NCBI GenBank assembly: GCA_040256005.1
Contig: JBDZWC010000018.1
Span: 6,019-32,657 of the forward strand
Length of the DNA: 26,639 bases
Reading direction: 5' to 3'
From: Deinococcaceae bacterium
GTDB taxonomy: Bacteria > Deinococcota > Deinococci > Deinococcales > Trueperaceae
The stretch's first letter is position 1, and the number at the start of each line of letters is the position of its first letter. The notes below the pieces were generated by a model that was not told the origin of the DNA, searched no databases, and saw only the letters and a program-made list of their open reading frames with translations. Below are positions 25,437-26,639 of this stretch, one piece after another. The position numbers and the translations under genes were made by a program.

Positions 25437-26639
25437 GTGACCCCCACCACCGTAGAGATCATCGGCACAGTCCTGTTCGGCGTGGCGATCCTCCACACCT
25501 TCATGGTGAAGCAGTTCGAGCGCCTGGCGAGGACGCGGCCCCGTCATGCCGGCATCTGGCACCTGCTCGGCGAGGTCGAGGTCGTCTTCGGGTTCTGGGC
25601 CATGGTGCTCGTCGCCTTCATGTTCATGGTCGCCGGGTCCCAGGTCGCGATCGACTACGTGGACACGCGCAACTTCACCGAGCCCATGTTCGTCTTCGTG
25701 ATCATGGTCATCGCCGGGACGAGGCCCATCCTGCAGACAGCGATGGCGGCCGTGAGGAGGCTAGCCAGCCTGATCCCCCTGCCCGGCAGCGTGGGCGTGC
25801 ACTTCGTGGTCCTCGCGGTGGTTCCGCTGCTGGGGTCGTTCATCACCGAGCCCGCGGCGATGACCCTGGCGGCGCTCATCCTGGGGAACAGCCTGTTCTC
25901 CCTGGGGATCTCCGAGAGGCTGAAGTACGCGACCATCGGCGTCCTGTTCGTCAACGTCTCGATCGGCGGCACCCTGACGTCGTTCGCCGCTCCCCCCGTG
26001 CTGATGGTGGCGAGCACGTGGGGATGGGACCTGCCTCACATGGTCGCCAACTTCGGCTGGAAGGCGGCCATCGCCGTGGTCGTCAACGCGGCAGCCGTCA
26101 CGCTGCTCTTCCGTCGCGAGCTGCTCAAGGCGCCGCCGTCCTTCGCAGCCCCCGGCAGACCGGTGCCGGCGGTCCTCGTGGGGGTCCACCTGGCGTTCCT
26201 GGTGGCCGTCGTGGTCTTCGCGCACCACCCGCCTCTGTTCCTGGGCGTCTTCCTGCTGTTCCTGGGCGTGGCCACGGCCTACGATCGACACCAGGACCGG
26301 TTGATCCTGCGCGAGGGCCTCCTGGTGGCGTTCTTCCTCGCCGGACTGGTCGTCCTCGGCGGGCTGCAGGAGTGGTGGCTCCAGCCCGTGCTGGTCGGGA
26401 TGTCCAGCGATCAGGTGTTCTTCGGGGCGGCGGCGCTCACGGCTTTCACCGACAACGCCGCGCTGACGTACCTGGGCTCCTTGGTGGAGGGGCTGTCAGA
26501 CGCCTTCAAGTACGCGTTGGTGGCCGGGGCGGTGACGGGCGGTGGGCTCACCATCATCGCCAACGCCCCCAACCCAGCCGGCATCTCGATATTGCGCCAG
26601 TACTTCCGGGGTCAGGCCGTCAGCCCGCTCGGGTTGGCC
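25437..26639 (+). CDS. Putative Na+/H+ antiporter (DUF1504-like), 3'-truncated by the window end
   Basis: Translated by hand because it is absent from the ORF track (no stop): MTPTTVEIIGTVLFGVAILHTF...HLLGEVEVVFGFWA...NFTEPMFVF...LGSFITEPAAMT...NVSIGGTLTSFAAPPVLMVA...TDNAALTYL...GGGLTIIANAPNPAG. GAGGA precedes GTG 25437. Confidence 0.85.
   Translation, partial: MTPTTVEIIGTVLFGVAILHTFMVKQFERLARTRPRHAGIWHLLGEVEVVFGFWAMVLVAFMFMVAGSQVAIDYVDTRNFTEPMFVFVIMVIAGTRPILQTAMAAVRRLASLIPLPGSVGVHFVVLAVVPLLGSFITEPAAMTLAALILGNSLFSLGISERLKYATIGVLFVNVSIGGTLTSFAAPPVLMVASTWGWDLPHMVANFGWKAAIAVVVNAAAVTLLFRRELLKAPPSFAAPGRPVPAVLVGVHLAFLVAVVVFAHHPPLFLGVFLLFLGVATAYDRHQDRLILREGLLVAFFLAGLVVLGGLQEWWLQPVLVGMSSDQVFFGAAALTAFTDNAALTYLGSLVEGLSDAFKYALVAGAVTGGGLTIIANAPNPAGISILRQYFRGQAVSPLGLA

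Overview
Very GC-rich bacterial DNA, probably Deinococcota (Truepera-like). This is inferred from the AlaS sequence style and from TANNNT -10 boxes directly upstream of start codons. The window is gene-dense, with about 21 CDS and no recognisable tRNA, rRNA, CRISPR or IS element. In order: (-) an unannotated ParB/Srx-like gene, deoC and a long ALDH16-type aldehyde dehydrogenase; (+) a D-cysteine desulfhydrase-family PLP enzyme, a GNAT and an Asp/Glu-racemase-family protein; (+) a phnD-C-E-E ABC transporter with no C-P lyase or ptxD in the window; a His-motif membrane protein converging on an MFS transporter; alaS-ruvX-mltG; TRAP dctQ-dctM (+) and dctP (-), separated by a lipoprotein with an Ig-like domain and a divergent subtilase domain; a secreted alpha/beta hydrolase with a small RHH regulator; and a partial putative Na+/H+ antiporter. 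The best leads are the ParB/Srx-fold gene translationally coupled to deoC, the CuyA/CuyB-like racemase-lyase pair, a 34-bp tandem repeat carrying palindromic sites upstream of the subtilase lipoprotein, and a TGAYATCA-N3-TGATATCA operator candidate upstream of the hydrolase-RHH pair. All family assignments come from motif recognition, not database searches.
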